Source: Ginkgo biloba (Eukaryota; Plantae; Ginkgophyta). Taken from it: a stretch of DNA of 24,943 nt. The stretch lies in the NCBI GenBank assembly GCA_024626585.2, contig JANKJI020000002.1, positions 115,119,803-115,144,745 of the forward strand, written 5' to 3'. The notes under the pieces were generated by a model. It ran no database searches. It worked only from the letters and a program-made list of their open reading frames with translations, and had not been told where the DNA came from. Shown piece by piece: positions 1 through 11,786 of this stretch (within the stretch, counting starts at the first letter, position 1; the number at the start of each line of letters is the position of its first letter). A program made the translations under genes and the position numbers.

Positions 1-142
1 CATAGACTCAAAGTTTGCTTCTCTTTTTTGTGGCAATGATGATGGGGCTCACCCATTTGTTGTTGTGTACTTTGTAAATATATTTGAATTTTAACAATTT
101 TTTTATTTCATCCTTTATCTGCTCTTTATAGTGTGGGTTCAT
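1..142 (-). pseudogene. Ty3/gypsy reverse transcriptase N-terminal part, decayed; continues off the left edge
   Basis: Manual minus-strand translation gives MNPHYKEQIKDEIKKLLKFKYIYKVHNNKWVSPIIIATKKRSKL*VY, matching the gypsy RT start (…KEEIDKLL..GFIY……WVSPIVV.PKK.GKLRVCVDY). Contains an in-frame stop. Confidence 0.85.
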
Positions 143-1055
143 TGGCAGGGCTATTGATCCCTAGGTTTGGCATCACAAAATTCTTGGAACAAAGTGGTTA
201 ATTGTGTGGTTGTGGTTCTATCCTAGTTGACAAACACCCATTATAATGTTCTTCAAATCGACTTCAATGTTGATATTCATCTTCCAGGTTTTTAATTATT
301 TAGATTGCATTGACTGACCATGTTTAGCAAAGGTGTTACCTAAAGTTTCGTCAATTTCTCTCTCGCCTTAAGTTACTATCTTGAATTCGATTGGGTAGGA
401 ATCAATTGGTTTGAGGTTCAATACTTTGTCAATTGCGAGTGCTTTGGGTTCTAGTCTTTGCACATCTATCAATCTTGAGTTTGTGCTTGGTACCACATAA
501 TAATTTAATGTTTGGAATTTATGGATAATTGTTGGGTTAACTATGTGGGTATTCTGGGTGATATTTTTTTGAAAAAGTAGGCCTTTAGGTTAGTCCAACT
601 CGCATTCCTTACTACTTGGTGTTCATATCATCATTTCCATTGTTTGGAAAGGAGTGAGCCCAAGTTCTTTGTGGTATATAATGATGTTGCCATATCACCT
701 GAAAAGTTGATTTGTATTTTAGTTGTAATCTATGATTTCTATGGGGGTAATGCTAGCATGTCAATCTTGCTAAAATGTATCTCAAAGAAACGGTGCCTTT
801 CGGGCCACATTCTTGCGAAGTCCCTTATGTGTGCAAGGTATCGCTCAAAGGATTGTCCTTCTAATGTGAGGGAATGCATCCATCCACGTATATCATTACC
901 ATTGCTGTGCATCCATCCATACCTTAAATTGATATGGGAAGTGTATATACCATTATATGTTTTGGTGCTATATTTGGACTCCTTTTGCTAGTAATGTTAG
1001 TTTGGTTGTCTTTTGGGACTCCTTTGATCCCAATGTCTTCCTTGACAATGCCTTC

Positions 1056-1797
1056 TATAGTTACATGCTGATTCGTTTCGGATCCCAAAAATCGATATTT
1101 TGTTAATTTTTAATAAAGTCCCAACTTGCAATCCAAATCTAGAGGAAGTTGATCAGTTTGGAGCTGAAGGTCGTCAAGGAAGGAGTTGTAGAGTTTTTAA
1201 AGAGCTTTACAGAAAAATTAATAGCATAGAAAAACTAGTTGTNNNNNNNNNNNNNNNNNNNNNNNNNNNNNNNNNNNNNNNNNNNNNNNNNNNNNNNNNN
1301 NNNNNNNNNNNNNNNNNNNNNNNNNNNNNNNNNNNNNNNNNNCATGGCCAACAATGGATGTATCTTGGCCTAGCCTTAGCAATCCTACCTTGAAGTATGT
1401 CTATGGCATGAGCCATCCTTAATGCATTTAATCTTGTAATATTGTTACATTTATTTATATTGACTCATGTTATGATTGCAAGATGTTTTGATTTATCTGT
1501 TGTGTTTAAATTATATGAATCTAGGTATTGATGATGATGATTTACATGTATATTGCTAACCAAAGTTACAGGCTTTGTTACAGTTATCAGGGGTGGAATC
1601 AAATGGGAAGGCCGTTTGGGGTTGATGGTTAGCATTTATGTGCCAGAGGTTTGGTTTGTAACCAATTAAGTCCATTAAGGTGGTCCCTATGGGCCAATAG
1701 TAGTTGTTAGTTTATGTCATTAGGCCAACATTGCCCCTAATAGTCTAGTCTTTTAATCTTGTATGCACGTTTACTTATTGTTTACACAAATGAATAT

Positions 1798-1838
<41 letters not shown>

Positions 1839-1898
1839 GATGATTATGTGCTCTTATGATCTTTTAGCATACAGGTTTTAAGGGGCGAGATTGCTACA
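1056..1898. mobile_element. Probable solo LTR (or LTR ends of an element) inserted into the gypsy gag-pol
   Basis: Begins tatag (one change from TGTAG) and ends ...ggggcgagattgCTACA. Flanked by ccttc (1051-1055) and cattc (1899-1903), a 5-bp TSD with one mismatch. Non-coding, and spans a 100-N gap. Confidence 0.5.
1801..1838. repeat. (TTTATAC)5 tandem heptamer repeat
   Basis: Directly visible: tttatac x5 plus ttt. Confidence 0.95.
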
Positions 1899-2324
1899 CA
1901 TTCATTCAAAGTAAATGCCCCTTTCTTCCATTATTGATTATTGTTGCCAAGGGATTGTTGAATTTTAGATCCTAGGATTAACTTTGAAGTAAATCAATTT
2001 TTTGCCTTAAATTAAGTTGTAGTATTTCTCTTGGTACTTGGTTACTCAATTGTAGATGTTGTTGTTTCTTATGTACTAGAGAAGGGGTTTTTGAGTGCTT
2101 GTGTTGGTATACCTGTTTTCCTTTCTTAATTGGTAAGGATCGTTTTAACTTTGTCATTCGTGTTGATGAATTTTCGGGTTGCTAACATTCAACCTCCTTT
2201 AGTACTGCCTATATGGCATGCATTGCTTCTTGGAATTGTCCCTTTTCCTTAGTGAGGTTGGGAAAGTCTAACTCATCTTTGTTTGGCACGATTAGTATCT
2301 TCTCACTTCGAGTTTGGCAATTGA

Positions 2325-3420
2325 TTATTTTGACAATCTCAGGAATTTTGTGCAGGCGTTATATTTTTTTGGTTTATTCTTGGGGTTATTTTTGTAATTT
2401 TCTTTTTCTTGATCTTTGGGTTTGCATTCCTTGTAGATGAATTGCCCTCTATTTTTCTCAAGAGGGCAGTCATTCATACCATGCCCCCATCGTAAATACA
2501 AATAATAGTGTACACATTTTGTTTTTCCTTCATATGTTTTATAAGTCCAAGTTTGCCTATCCTTGGTAATGCATGTTTGGGGTTCCACCTGCTTGACGTC
2601 CCTTTTCTCATGACATTGACCCCCTTAGTGACGTCCATTGAATAAGCAATTTTCTATGTAGTGAGTGTCCATCTTGCAGATGTCACCACATTGTTCGAAT
2701 ATTTTGACTTATTCTCTTGGATGTTTGTTGCAAATGTGACCTTGCTAATTACAAGGTGGAGGACACCACATATTTGGGCTAGTTGGGTTTGCCACTTCTT
2801 GTCGTAACTTTGTGGTTTTTCCTTTCAAACTTTTAGTTACGGGTCCTTTTGCTATTTTTGAAGTCGTAGGACTGCCATCTGTTATTGTAGTGCTTTGATC
2901 TTAGTGTTAAGAGTTGGGGCAATGTAGTTGCTAGTATCAATGTTATAGTCATTCACGTGCTTACTTTCAAATGTCATGGCTGGAATGCATACTTGCTATT
3001 AGCTATGCATAGGTTTAAGTGTATTGAGTTACAAACATGGGGTAACAACACTTGCACAAAGATCTTTAGTAGATGTGGGGGTGAGGACATATCTTCTAAT
3101 TGGAATTTGTTGAGTAATATTTGCATTCTTCCATCATAATCCTTGATTGGTTTGCCAGGGTGTTTCTAAAGCTCCTTCAGTGCTTGGAATATCATGAATG
3201 GATCCATAATCGTTGGAATTGGTCAAGAAAGAAGGTTTGCATTTTTTCCCATATGGGATTATTGATATTGATATACTAATACCATGCGATTGTTGCTCCA
3301 TAAAGGGTGTTGAAAAAACGAGACTTGATCTCTTGTTCATTTGTAATTCCTTTTAAGTCGAGAATATTTTTAAATAATACTAAGTGATTAGTAGGTTCAT
3401 TGATATCATCACAACACATG
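2325..3420 (-). pseudogene. Ty3/gypsy gag remnant (Retrotrans_gag-like core and two degenerate CCHC zinc knuckles)
   Basis: Minus translation: NHLVLFKNILDLKGITNEQEIKSRFFNTLYGATIAWY*YININNPIWEKMQTFFLDQFQ (gag core), CGDICKMDTHYIENC (~2645-2690) and YYLYLRWGHGMNDCP (~2465-2510). Has stops and frameshifts. Confidence 0.75.
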
Positions 3421-4165
3421 CTTACAAAAGCATGATCGTTTTGCATTAAGATGTATGGTTATTAATTACCAACATTGTTGTTGTAGTTGCGATTACCCCC
3501 ATTAGGTTTTTTCATGGCTAGAAACAATTCATTATGTTGTGCCATATATGGTATAGCTAGTTTGTAAAGAATGGTCGTAAAGGTTAAATCTAATTGGATT
3601 ATCAAAGCTACTCCCACATCTATCTTGCCTTCTATTTCCTTAGCAACGCACAATTGGAATTTTGTTGTAATTCTTAGCTGTCATTAGCCTTGGGGTCTTT
3701 GTTTGTCTTAAAATTAAGTGTCAAGCTTATTTCTTCCTCTTGCTTGTTTGCAGATTGTATTCGGTTTCACAGTTTGTTCTGGCATCTTCCCTCTTGAGAG
3801 TCTAGATGGAGGAGTTGGAGCATCAACGATTATGCCAATTGAGATTTTGCCATGCCACTCTTGTTTTTTTGAGATGTCAAACTTTCACCTTTGTTGGTGT
3901 GCATGCACGGACCAATTTATTTGGTTTATTGGGATTCTTTGGTTGCTTTCGTCTCTCTCTCCATTTAGTTCTAGGATTGGTAGGAGGTCTTGTTGCTCGT
4001 TATGTGGCATTTTAAGACCCCTAGATCTTGTGGTTGTTTGGTAGGAACCTTCCATAATGTAATAGTCAACATTATATTGTCTTTGGCTAGCATTTTAGGT
4101 TTTCCCTGCACTGTCTTGGTGGGCAAAACTCTTAAAGGTTTGATTAAAAGTCAACAAAACCAAAA

Positions 4166-4810
4166 TGTTTGCTAATTGTTGGTCTAGTAGCTAACAAATC
4201 CTAGTTTCATGTCTATTGAATTTAGTTGCACATTATTGCATCCATACAATTCATAGAATAGAAACAATCATTATCCAATCACAATGGTAACAAATCCTAG
4301 TTTCANNNNNNNNNNNNNNNNNNNNNNNNNNNNNNNNNNNNNNNNNNNNNNNNNGAAACAATCATTATCCAATCACAATGGTCTTAATATGCAGTGAGAA
4401 TACGTTGGTATAATGCTCTCCCCATTATACCAACTACTCTCTATGAATGTCATAGGATGTAGTCTAGGTTGCAAGATAATATACAAAATCTATCTAATGA
4501 TTGATTGCCCAAATGGTGGCATATGAATACAAATGGAGGAGGAGATATTTCGAAAGAAGTGTATTTTTATAACAATCCTGCCTTTTAAATTTGCATGCTA
4601 CAAATATTAAATGTTGCGAGAAGGATAAGTCATCAAAGTAAAAATGCATAAAAAAATATTTATTAATATTACTCAAGTATTGTAGGTACAAATACATAGT
4701 ATGCTTGAAAGAACAAAGGTAGACTTGGCAACTTAAATTAGCATCCATTGTTGGCTATCGAGGACCACCTAAAGGGGCTTACTTGGCTACCAACCAATCT
4801 TCGGCAAATA
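4166..4810 (-). mobile_element. 5' LTR of the minus-strand gypsy element at 1-4165
   Basis: Ends tgtttgctaattgttggtctagtagc ... gctaccaaccaatcttcggcaaata form a degenerate inverted pair (TGTTTGC..GCAAAc/tA). Next to it is a degenerate PBS-like tggttttgttgac on the minus strand (~4150-4162), and it lies upstream of gag. Confidence 0.55.
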
Positions 4811-5924
4811 AATGCTAACTGTTAGCACCAAGCAATTTTCCTAGTTGATTCCACCCCTTGTAGCCAAATAAGAGTGCCAGGTATGGGTCTATTTTCAACC
4901 CCTCTTTGACATTATGGTTATCTCCTAATGAGATACCCTCTCCACTAATAGTATCATGCATGCAAGCATCATTGACTACAAAATACAAGTGTGAGTAAGA
5001 TGTGCACAAAAACATATACCAATGCAAGTCAGTTGAGAAGTAAACCACCATGAGTGTTAGTATGCCTCACAACACCGAAACATCTCTCGTGGGTTCTAAG
5101 GGTGCTAGCCCTACCCTCACTATGAGTAGCCTTATGATTCTAAGTTATAAAATGCTCATTATAGGTTGCAGCTTGTACGATCCCAAGTTGGACAATATTC
5201 ATCCAATGCACAGGCATGGCTAAAGCTTTGCTTAATAATCCGCTCAGTGGATTCCCTGCTAGGACAAGCGCCCACTAAAACTAGGCACTTGGGTTTGAAA
5301 CCTAAAAATCAAGGACAAAGAATTAATATGTCAAACCCTAATGTCATACATATCCAAAAACAACCATAAATAATGCAAAACAACCTTTTAATTTTTGGAA
5401 CTGTACAAATGTATTGTTGGTGGAATCAATAATAAACATAGGGGAGTAAGAAGCCATGGATAGCAACAATAAGAAGCAAAATTGTTGTAATAGATATCAC
5501 AGTGGCATATGCTACAAAGACATGGAGTGAAAATCATGTCCATCTAAAGAACCATGAAATGATATAGTCGTGAACAATGAGAAAGGTGAGAAACCACAAG
5601 GTATGGTCNNNNNNNNNNNNNNNNNNNNNNNNNNNNNNNNNNNNNNNNNNNNNNNGAATGCAAATGGTAGGATGTCTAAGAAGTTGGTAGATTATGTTGC
5701 TAAGTGACGAGGAAGAAGGAAAATGCACAGAAGTCCAAGTTTGCACATGTAAAGCTCGTTGAGGCAATGTAATCATTATCCCATAGATGGATTTATACAC
5801 TATAAGATTGGTGGAGTATATCAATTCCCTTATATTTCTTCTTCTTGAAAATTCTATTTTCTGGGTGACAGAATAGTGATTTTTGTTAAAGAAGATCATG
5901 GATGGACACCTATGGGTTATCTGT

Positions 5925-6779
5925 TTTAACTTAGTCAAGTCAAACTGGATTAAGGTAGGTCAAAGCCACCTTAAAGTGCCAAAATCGCCTTAAGGTAGGT
6001 GAAAACCACCTTGGAAAGTCAAAACTACTTGAAGATAGGTCAAAACAACCTTAAGGATGGTCAAAACCAATGAAACAATGATGACTAAGTCTCGAACAAC
6101 CCTAATTTGTTGGCCATAAAGTCTAAACGATGATGCGTTAGTTTGAAGGATGATTTGAAAGCAACATTAATGATATCAACAATAATCAAATAGTTGGTCA
6201 AAGGTAGTCAAAGTCATAGTGGAAGGACAACAATTAATGCTACAAAATTCATTAGTCAAAGGCAATGCAAAGGTCAAACGTGGTTAAAGGTCTGTAGATA
6301 GTTAGATTTAATGCTAAGTATGGTTTCATTCAATGTTAAGGACAATCAAAACCCATGCCCTATCATTTAATGAAGAGAGAGAAAAATATAAATAGGAGAG
6401 AGAATCTCCCTTGAAAATAGGGTGAGAGCTACGTACATTCAATAATATTCAGTGTTGAGTGTAATTGATGCATGCCTTAGTATAAGAGGCTAAGACAGGC
6501 ATTGATAATGATGTACTATCTAAACTAAGCATTTAATGCACATCTTAGTGTGATAGGCTAAGATGCGATTAATGACATTGTATTATCATTTATGAGCATT
6601 AATGAAGATTTTGTACCTAGATTTGAGTCTCCTCATTATTTGTGCATGAATAATTAATGTCTATTATTTATGAATGTGTGTTTATTAATGAGTTATTAAT
6701 TAATGCGTACTAACCCCCTATTAGTGGAGTGTACGACCTACAAGATGCCCAAATTGCCCCCAACATGTCTTAGTCAACA
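5925..6779 (+). mobile_element. LTR-like segment (5' boundary uncertain)
   Basis: Internal tandem repeats, TATA-like aatataaataggagag at ~6385, and an end ...gtcaaca followed by tttgccac (degenerate PBS-like). No partner LTR or TSD seen. Confidence 0.35.
5950..6068. repeat. Degenerate ~20-bp tandem repeat (ttaaggtaggtcaaaaccacc-like, ~6 units) in LTR-like DNA
   Basis: Visible units include ttaaggtaggtcaaagccacc, ttaaggtaggtgaaaaccacc, ttgaagataggtcaaaacaacc and ttaaggatggtcaaaacc. Confidence 0.75.
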
Positions 6780-7519
6780 TTTGCCACATTAGCGAGTTTA
6801 GCGGAGGAAGGTGAAAACGAACTATTTTATAGTTATGTATAGAATCAACCAGAGATGGAAATCGATTTCTTCTTTGTGACAAATTTTGAAATTGCTATTG
6901 AGTTGAAGTTATATAATATAAAACTTCAATGGACTCTCTCTCTTTTTTCAGCTCGTTTCTATTAAACTCTTTTCCTAAGTTTTGAGTTTAGTTTAAGCCT
7001 GAGGGCCTTTTGGCCCTATGACCTCTTTTTCTTTGTATTTCTTTTTCCCACGGTGGGATTATAATGTAAATTAGTGGTCATTAGAATAAAATTTCGTTTG
7101 TGCAGAAATTGTCAAACATTAATCAAATTTGAACTTGTAACATCGGTGGTTTTTTTATTAATGGGTTGTGCACAAGCTTTCATTGAGAAAGCTTACCAGA
7201 ACTTGTAGCGCACATANNNNNNNNNNNNNNNNNNNNNNNNNNNNNNNNNNNNNNNNNNTCATTTAGGGAAATTTGAAACATAGTTGCCAAGCTTGAAGTA
7301 TGAAGATGCTTTGAAACAAAATATAATTGTTAAGGGTATATTTTAATGAAATACAATCTTTTATATATGATTGTCGCTTGCTCATGAAAGTGCTTGTTAA
7401 TTATTTCAACTTGCTTCTACTATGCACCCCACAAGTTCTGGATTATTGCTTATGCTTATTGCAAAGAATATTTTATTGCTTGTACCTTTGATTATATGCC
7501 TAATTAGTCTTTCATTGTG

Positions 7520-8070
7520 GTTAATAGATATTCATACAAAACCATAATAAGGTGCTTGTTTGTTGTCATATGGCACACTATGTTGTATTAGTATTCTGCT
7601 AAGTGTGCCCATTTGGTCCACTTGTTTTTCTTGTCACTAGTGTAGTTCATGATGTACCCTTCAAGGCATTTGTTCATTGTTATTGTCTCACAATTTATCT
7701 TTGGATGGTATGATTTACTCATGTTAAATGTCACACTTATAAGGTTGAATAGTTCTTGCCAGAAGTTACTTGTGAACTTCTAATCTCTATCACACGTTAT
7801 CCATTTAGGGAATTGTATAGCTTGTTAATGTCTTTCGTGAAATTTTTAACTATTTGTAGTGCTTTGTAAATTGTTTGAATTGGTATGAAGTGCGTGCACT
7901 TGCGAGATAGTCAACGACCATAAATTTTTCATCCTTTTCATTTTGCTAGTCCTGTTATAAAGTCTATGGGCATTTCCTTCCATTTTTGGTTTGGGATAAG
8001 GGGTTGAAGCAAATGCGGTGACAACTTTTCTTTGATGATTGTTGCATTCAAATACATACATGGCTCTATG
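7520..8070 (-). pseudogene. Ty3/gypsy integrase core remnant
   Basis: Minus frames give LLQPLIPNQKWKEMPIDFITGLAK and CDRD*KFTSNFWQELFNLISVTFNMSKSYHPK…MNKCLEGYIMNYTSDKKNKWTKWAHLAEY*YN, the canonical rve motifs with stops and frameshifts. Confidence 0.9.
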
Positions 8071-8670
8071 NNNNNNNNNNNNNNNNNNNNNNNNNNNNNN
8101 NNNNNNNNNNNNNNNNNNNNNNNNNNNNNNNNNNNNNNNNNNNNNNNNNNNNNNNNNNNNNNNNNNNNNNAAAATTTATGACGAATTAGGTGAAAGAAAT
8201 GGGACAGGTTGGCTGTGTAAGGGTATTAATGCACTTGCAACAGATTTTAAGAGGCATTAAAGGCCTCAACGATTAGATTTAATGATTTGGAGGTAGGTTA
8301 AAGGTTTTTTGGGGAAATCTATCGAATGACTTGGAGGAAAAGGTAGGTGAGAAGGTATTCAGCCGTTGGAGGAAAAGTAGGTTTGCAACAAAGAAGGCAG
8401 AAGAGGAGCATTGCACAGGTAGAGGAGAAGAAGACCAAACTAAGGAGGCCATGTGGAAGAGACTTGTAATTGATTCGTCGAAACAGGTAGCCGTTTTAGA
8501 AGTATGAATACCGATAGTGAGGAGTCGAAGAGAAAAGAGGCATAGCCAAGGGAGGAGAATAGAGATGGAGGAGAGGAAAAAGTACATCAGTTGAGAGGAG
8601 CTAATTTGTCGAACTAGAGGCATCTCTAAACAAAGTAGAGGGAATGAAAGGAGAAGAGGCCATGTCGAGT

Positions 8671-8730
8671 CCGTGAGGAAGATGAAAAGGTTGTGAGGAA
8701 GATAAAAAGGCCATGAGGAAGATGAAGAGG
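8671..8730. repeat. 3 x 20-bp tandem repeat in a purine-rich tract
   Basis: ccgtgaggaagatgaaaagg / ttgtgaggaagataaaaagg / ccatgaggaagatgaagagg. Confidence 0.9.
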
Positions 8731-9293
8731 CTAATGTAGGGCATGAGGAAGGAAGGAGGCCAAGAGGGCCAGGGGAGGAAAAAAGGAGGAGAACATTTGG
8801 GAGAACAGGGGAAGAACTGTCGATTGAGGCAACCACTTGAAGAAGAGAAAGAGGACAATGGAAGAGGGTTTGGTGTAGTGGCATGATCTTTGATAGAGGC
8901 AGCCACACATAAGAAGGAAAATTGTGGAGAGAGAGAAGACCAACAGAACCCGCCAATAGAGGTAGTCGGGTGGAGTTGTGTAATCCCTCCAAGGAGGCTA
9001 TTGAATGTAATCTGAGGTCAAACCCCAGTGGGGGGAATGTATGTGAGTTTTGGAAAATAGGCCATGGGCAAGATGTAATGAAAATATTCGAATTTAATGT
9101 AAGGCATGTGTTTGGGTATTTTTCCTCCTCGTGAATGTGTTGGAAGTTTCTTTGTTTTTAAGTATTTTTGTGGGAATTGTTCCAATAGGCCATGGGCCAA
9201 TGTGTAAGGGACAAGTCAAATGTCTTGCAGGATCTTGGGAAGTGGCTGGAGTTCCAGAGGATTGGGTGATGTTGTCGCCCGGCATTACCTCAC

Positions 9294-9882
9294 TGTAACC
9301 CGAGTGAATGTTGTGCCCAAGAACGTTAAATAATCTGCACTAGACACAATAGGAAGGGAGAAACATGCAAACACCAATACACTTATTCACACATACACCA
9401 CTCCTCTTGGAGAATGAAAACTTTTTTATTACTAGAGGCCACAATGGTCGTTACAGATACAATACATAGAATTACACGATTACAACTAATGCTTCTCAAC
9501 AAACGTTCAACAAGCTGTCTCATGTCGGCTATCGGCTTGGACTTCTCCTTCTCTCTGAGCTGCTTCATACTCGACGTATCTGCTCAGCTTCTTCTGGTTT
9601 CCTTTCTACTCTAACTTTTGCTGGCTACTTTTCTTTTGCACTCTCTCTCTCTCTCTCTCTCTCTATGCTATTGCCTTTTTCTTTCTCCCTCTCTTTGGTG
9701 CTCAAAACTCCTGCTTTTACTCTTGGTGTGTGAAGCATTCAATTCACCATTACTCTCCATTTGCAGGTGAAGAGTACTCTGGTAGGTGTCCTTCAATTAC
9801 CCAACTACTACCCTTACTGCCTCTGTTTGGGCTTCCCCTCATGTCGGCTAACTCTCGGTCTATCGGTTTCTTGTTTTTCGTT
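9294..9882 (-). mobile_element. LTR-like segment starting TGTAAC (other end lost in a gap)
   Basis: tgtaacccg terminus, non-coding, contains a CT microsatellite; composition changes sharply from the purine-rich flank. Confidence 0.4.
9641..9664. repeat. (CT)12 microsatellite
   Basis: Directly visible. Confidence 0.95.
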
Positions 9883-9982
9883 NNNNNNNNNNNNNNNNNN
9901 NNNNNNNNNNNNNNNNNNNNNNNNNNNNNNNNNNNNNNNNNNNNNNNNNNNNNNNNNNNNNNNNNNNNNNNNNNNNNNNNNN

Positions 9983-11431
9983 GTAGACACTTGAATGGGT
10001 AGAGAAAAAAATTTGGCATCCTTGTATGGAATCTTCAAGCGTTTATGGCATTTATGGGAGTCATTAATATTAAATAACATGTTAGTTATATATACAATTG
10101 GATACATAACATAGGGATGGCATGTAACGTACCTAATCTTATGGTCAATAAGGTTAATCAATAAGTTAGTGGTCAGGTTAGTTTTTGGTGAGAATTGATA
10201 ATTAATTAATATTAATGAAGAGTCACTATGAAAGGGTGCCTAATCATGGTCACCTGAGGATACAAGGTCTAAATAAGTTTGTCTTTTCATTTGGAAAGAT
10301 ATCAAATCATTCATAAATATTTCATTTCAATATTTGATTTGTCTTATGTCTTTCATTTCAAAGCATTCTTCTACAGAGTTGTCGTCAAGGTTGCTCCAGT
10401 GTAATTCACAACTTTTGTCTTCGTTCTTCTTGTCATCTATACACTCGTTTGTCAAATAATTCTCAGAGCAATTGTGGTATGATGGTAAAAATTTGATTTG
10501 TGCCCTCTTTTGCATAAAATTTCTCTTTAAGAAAGTCCATTGGAACATGTGTCCTTAGCCTACTACACAACTTCCTCCCACCATTATGCAATCTCAACTT
10601 CCTCTTCCCTACGGGAGTTATTCCTTTCTTCTAGATGGTTGTTGTCATCTATCTTCTCCTTATGTTCTGAAGTTCATCCTACATCTACTGCGATGGACAT
10701 GATGTCTCCTTACATAACTTCTTGTTTGCTCAACACTTGGCTTTAAGCTCAAATATTGTCATCATGAGGGATAGGATGGGTCCATGCTATTGTAAACTTG
10801 CAACGGTGTTAGATGTTACTGTAATACATCATTTCCAAGTTACAGGTTTAGCCTTAAAGCAAGAGAAGACAGATAGGCATTACATGGTCATACAAGAAAT
10901 GAACAACAAACAATATTCTTGTTTTGAATATAGAGTAAGAGGTTACATCATAATGACCATCATACAATGCATAGTTCAAACTTGCTCAAAGTGGTGATAC
11001 ATCAAAGGGAGGGGTTCTTTTATACCTCGTCAAGGGGTGTGGACAGTTATGTATGAGCCACAACTACCCAATCATCCCCCTAGACCCCTCATTATCCTAA
11101 ACGTGGTCCTAATTAAGACATGGTTAGGCAATTCCTAACGTGACTTTGTTTGACAAGTACTAAATACACAATTATTTAATAACATATTTCAAATCAAATC
11201 TATAAGATAGATCATATAAAATATTTTCAAAATATAAATTAAGTAATATATACATTATAGGTGCATGTTTTAGGAAAATAAATATTTTTCTAGTAATTAA
11301 TGCTAAATTTGATGAATAAGATAAGGTTTTTTTTTTTTTTTTAAAAAACTTAGTAAATATTTTAGAGTAATTTGGCCTATTGGAAAATATTATTTTTAAA
11401 AATTTTGGAAAAAAATTGCCAATTGGCTATA
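9983..11431 (-). mobile_element. Long LTR-like non-coding segment
   Basis: Starts (t)gtagacac at a gap edge, has a minus-strand TATAAAAG at ~11017-11024, and ends near ggctata adjacent to an RT fragment. Boundaries are tentative. Confidence 0.35.
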
Positions 11432-11454
11432 TATAGACACTAAGAATTTCCTTG

Positions 11455-11786
11455 GCAAGGTGATTTGTGTAAAGTCAAGGATGAACCTTCTTAAGAAATT
11501 AATCTTTCTAAAGAAGGATTACACACCCTTCCTTCCTAATGGAAAAGGAATATCATTGATAACTTTCACCATATCTGGGTCAATATAAGTTCCATATTTA
11601 GAGATTATATATCCCAATAATTTTCCCTTTTTTACTTTTAGTACTATTTTTGTTGGGTTTAAGGAAATGCCCCACTCTCTGCACCTTCGGAAAACCTACC
11701 TTAGGTGCATCATATGGCCCTATTGGATTCTTGAAAATATAATAAGGTCATCCAAGTAAACCACCAATGCCTTTCCAATTAATTCC
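11455..11786 (-). pseudogene. Ty3/gypsy reverse transcriptase C-terminal half (Tat/Athila-like), decayed
   Basis: ELIGKALVVYLDDLIIFS…HLR*VFRRCRE / GISLNPTK…GKLLGYIISKYGTYIDPDMVKVINDIPFP…V*SFFRKINFLRRFI. The catalytic YLDD motif is at ~11746-11757. Confidence 0.92.

Noticed and set aside
644-991. 115-aa plus-strand ORF
   Set aside because: Antisense to decayed gag-pol, with a non-ATG start and no motif.
5950-6068. Repeat array as a possible CRISPR
   Set aside because: Degenerate head-to-tail units without unique spacers, in a plant genome with no cas genes.
6903-7195. Short hairpins (ttgaagtt…aacttcaa; aagctttc…gaaagctt)
   Set aside because: 8-bp stems in AT-rich DNA are expected by chance and are too short for a miRNA precursor.
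7267-7335. Exon-like segment tttag|…|gtatat (LPSLKYEDALKQNIIVK)
   Set aside because: All three frames contain stops and no family is recognisable.
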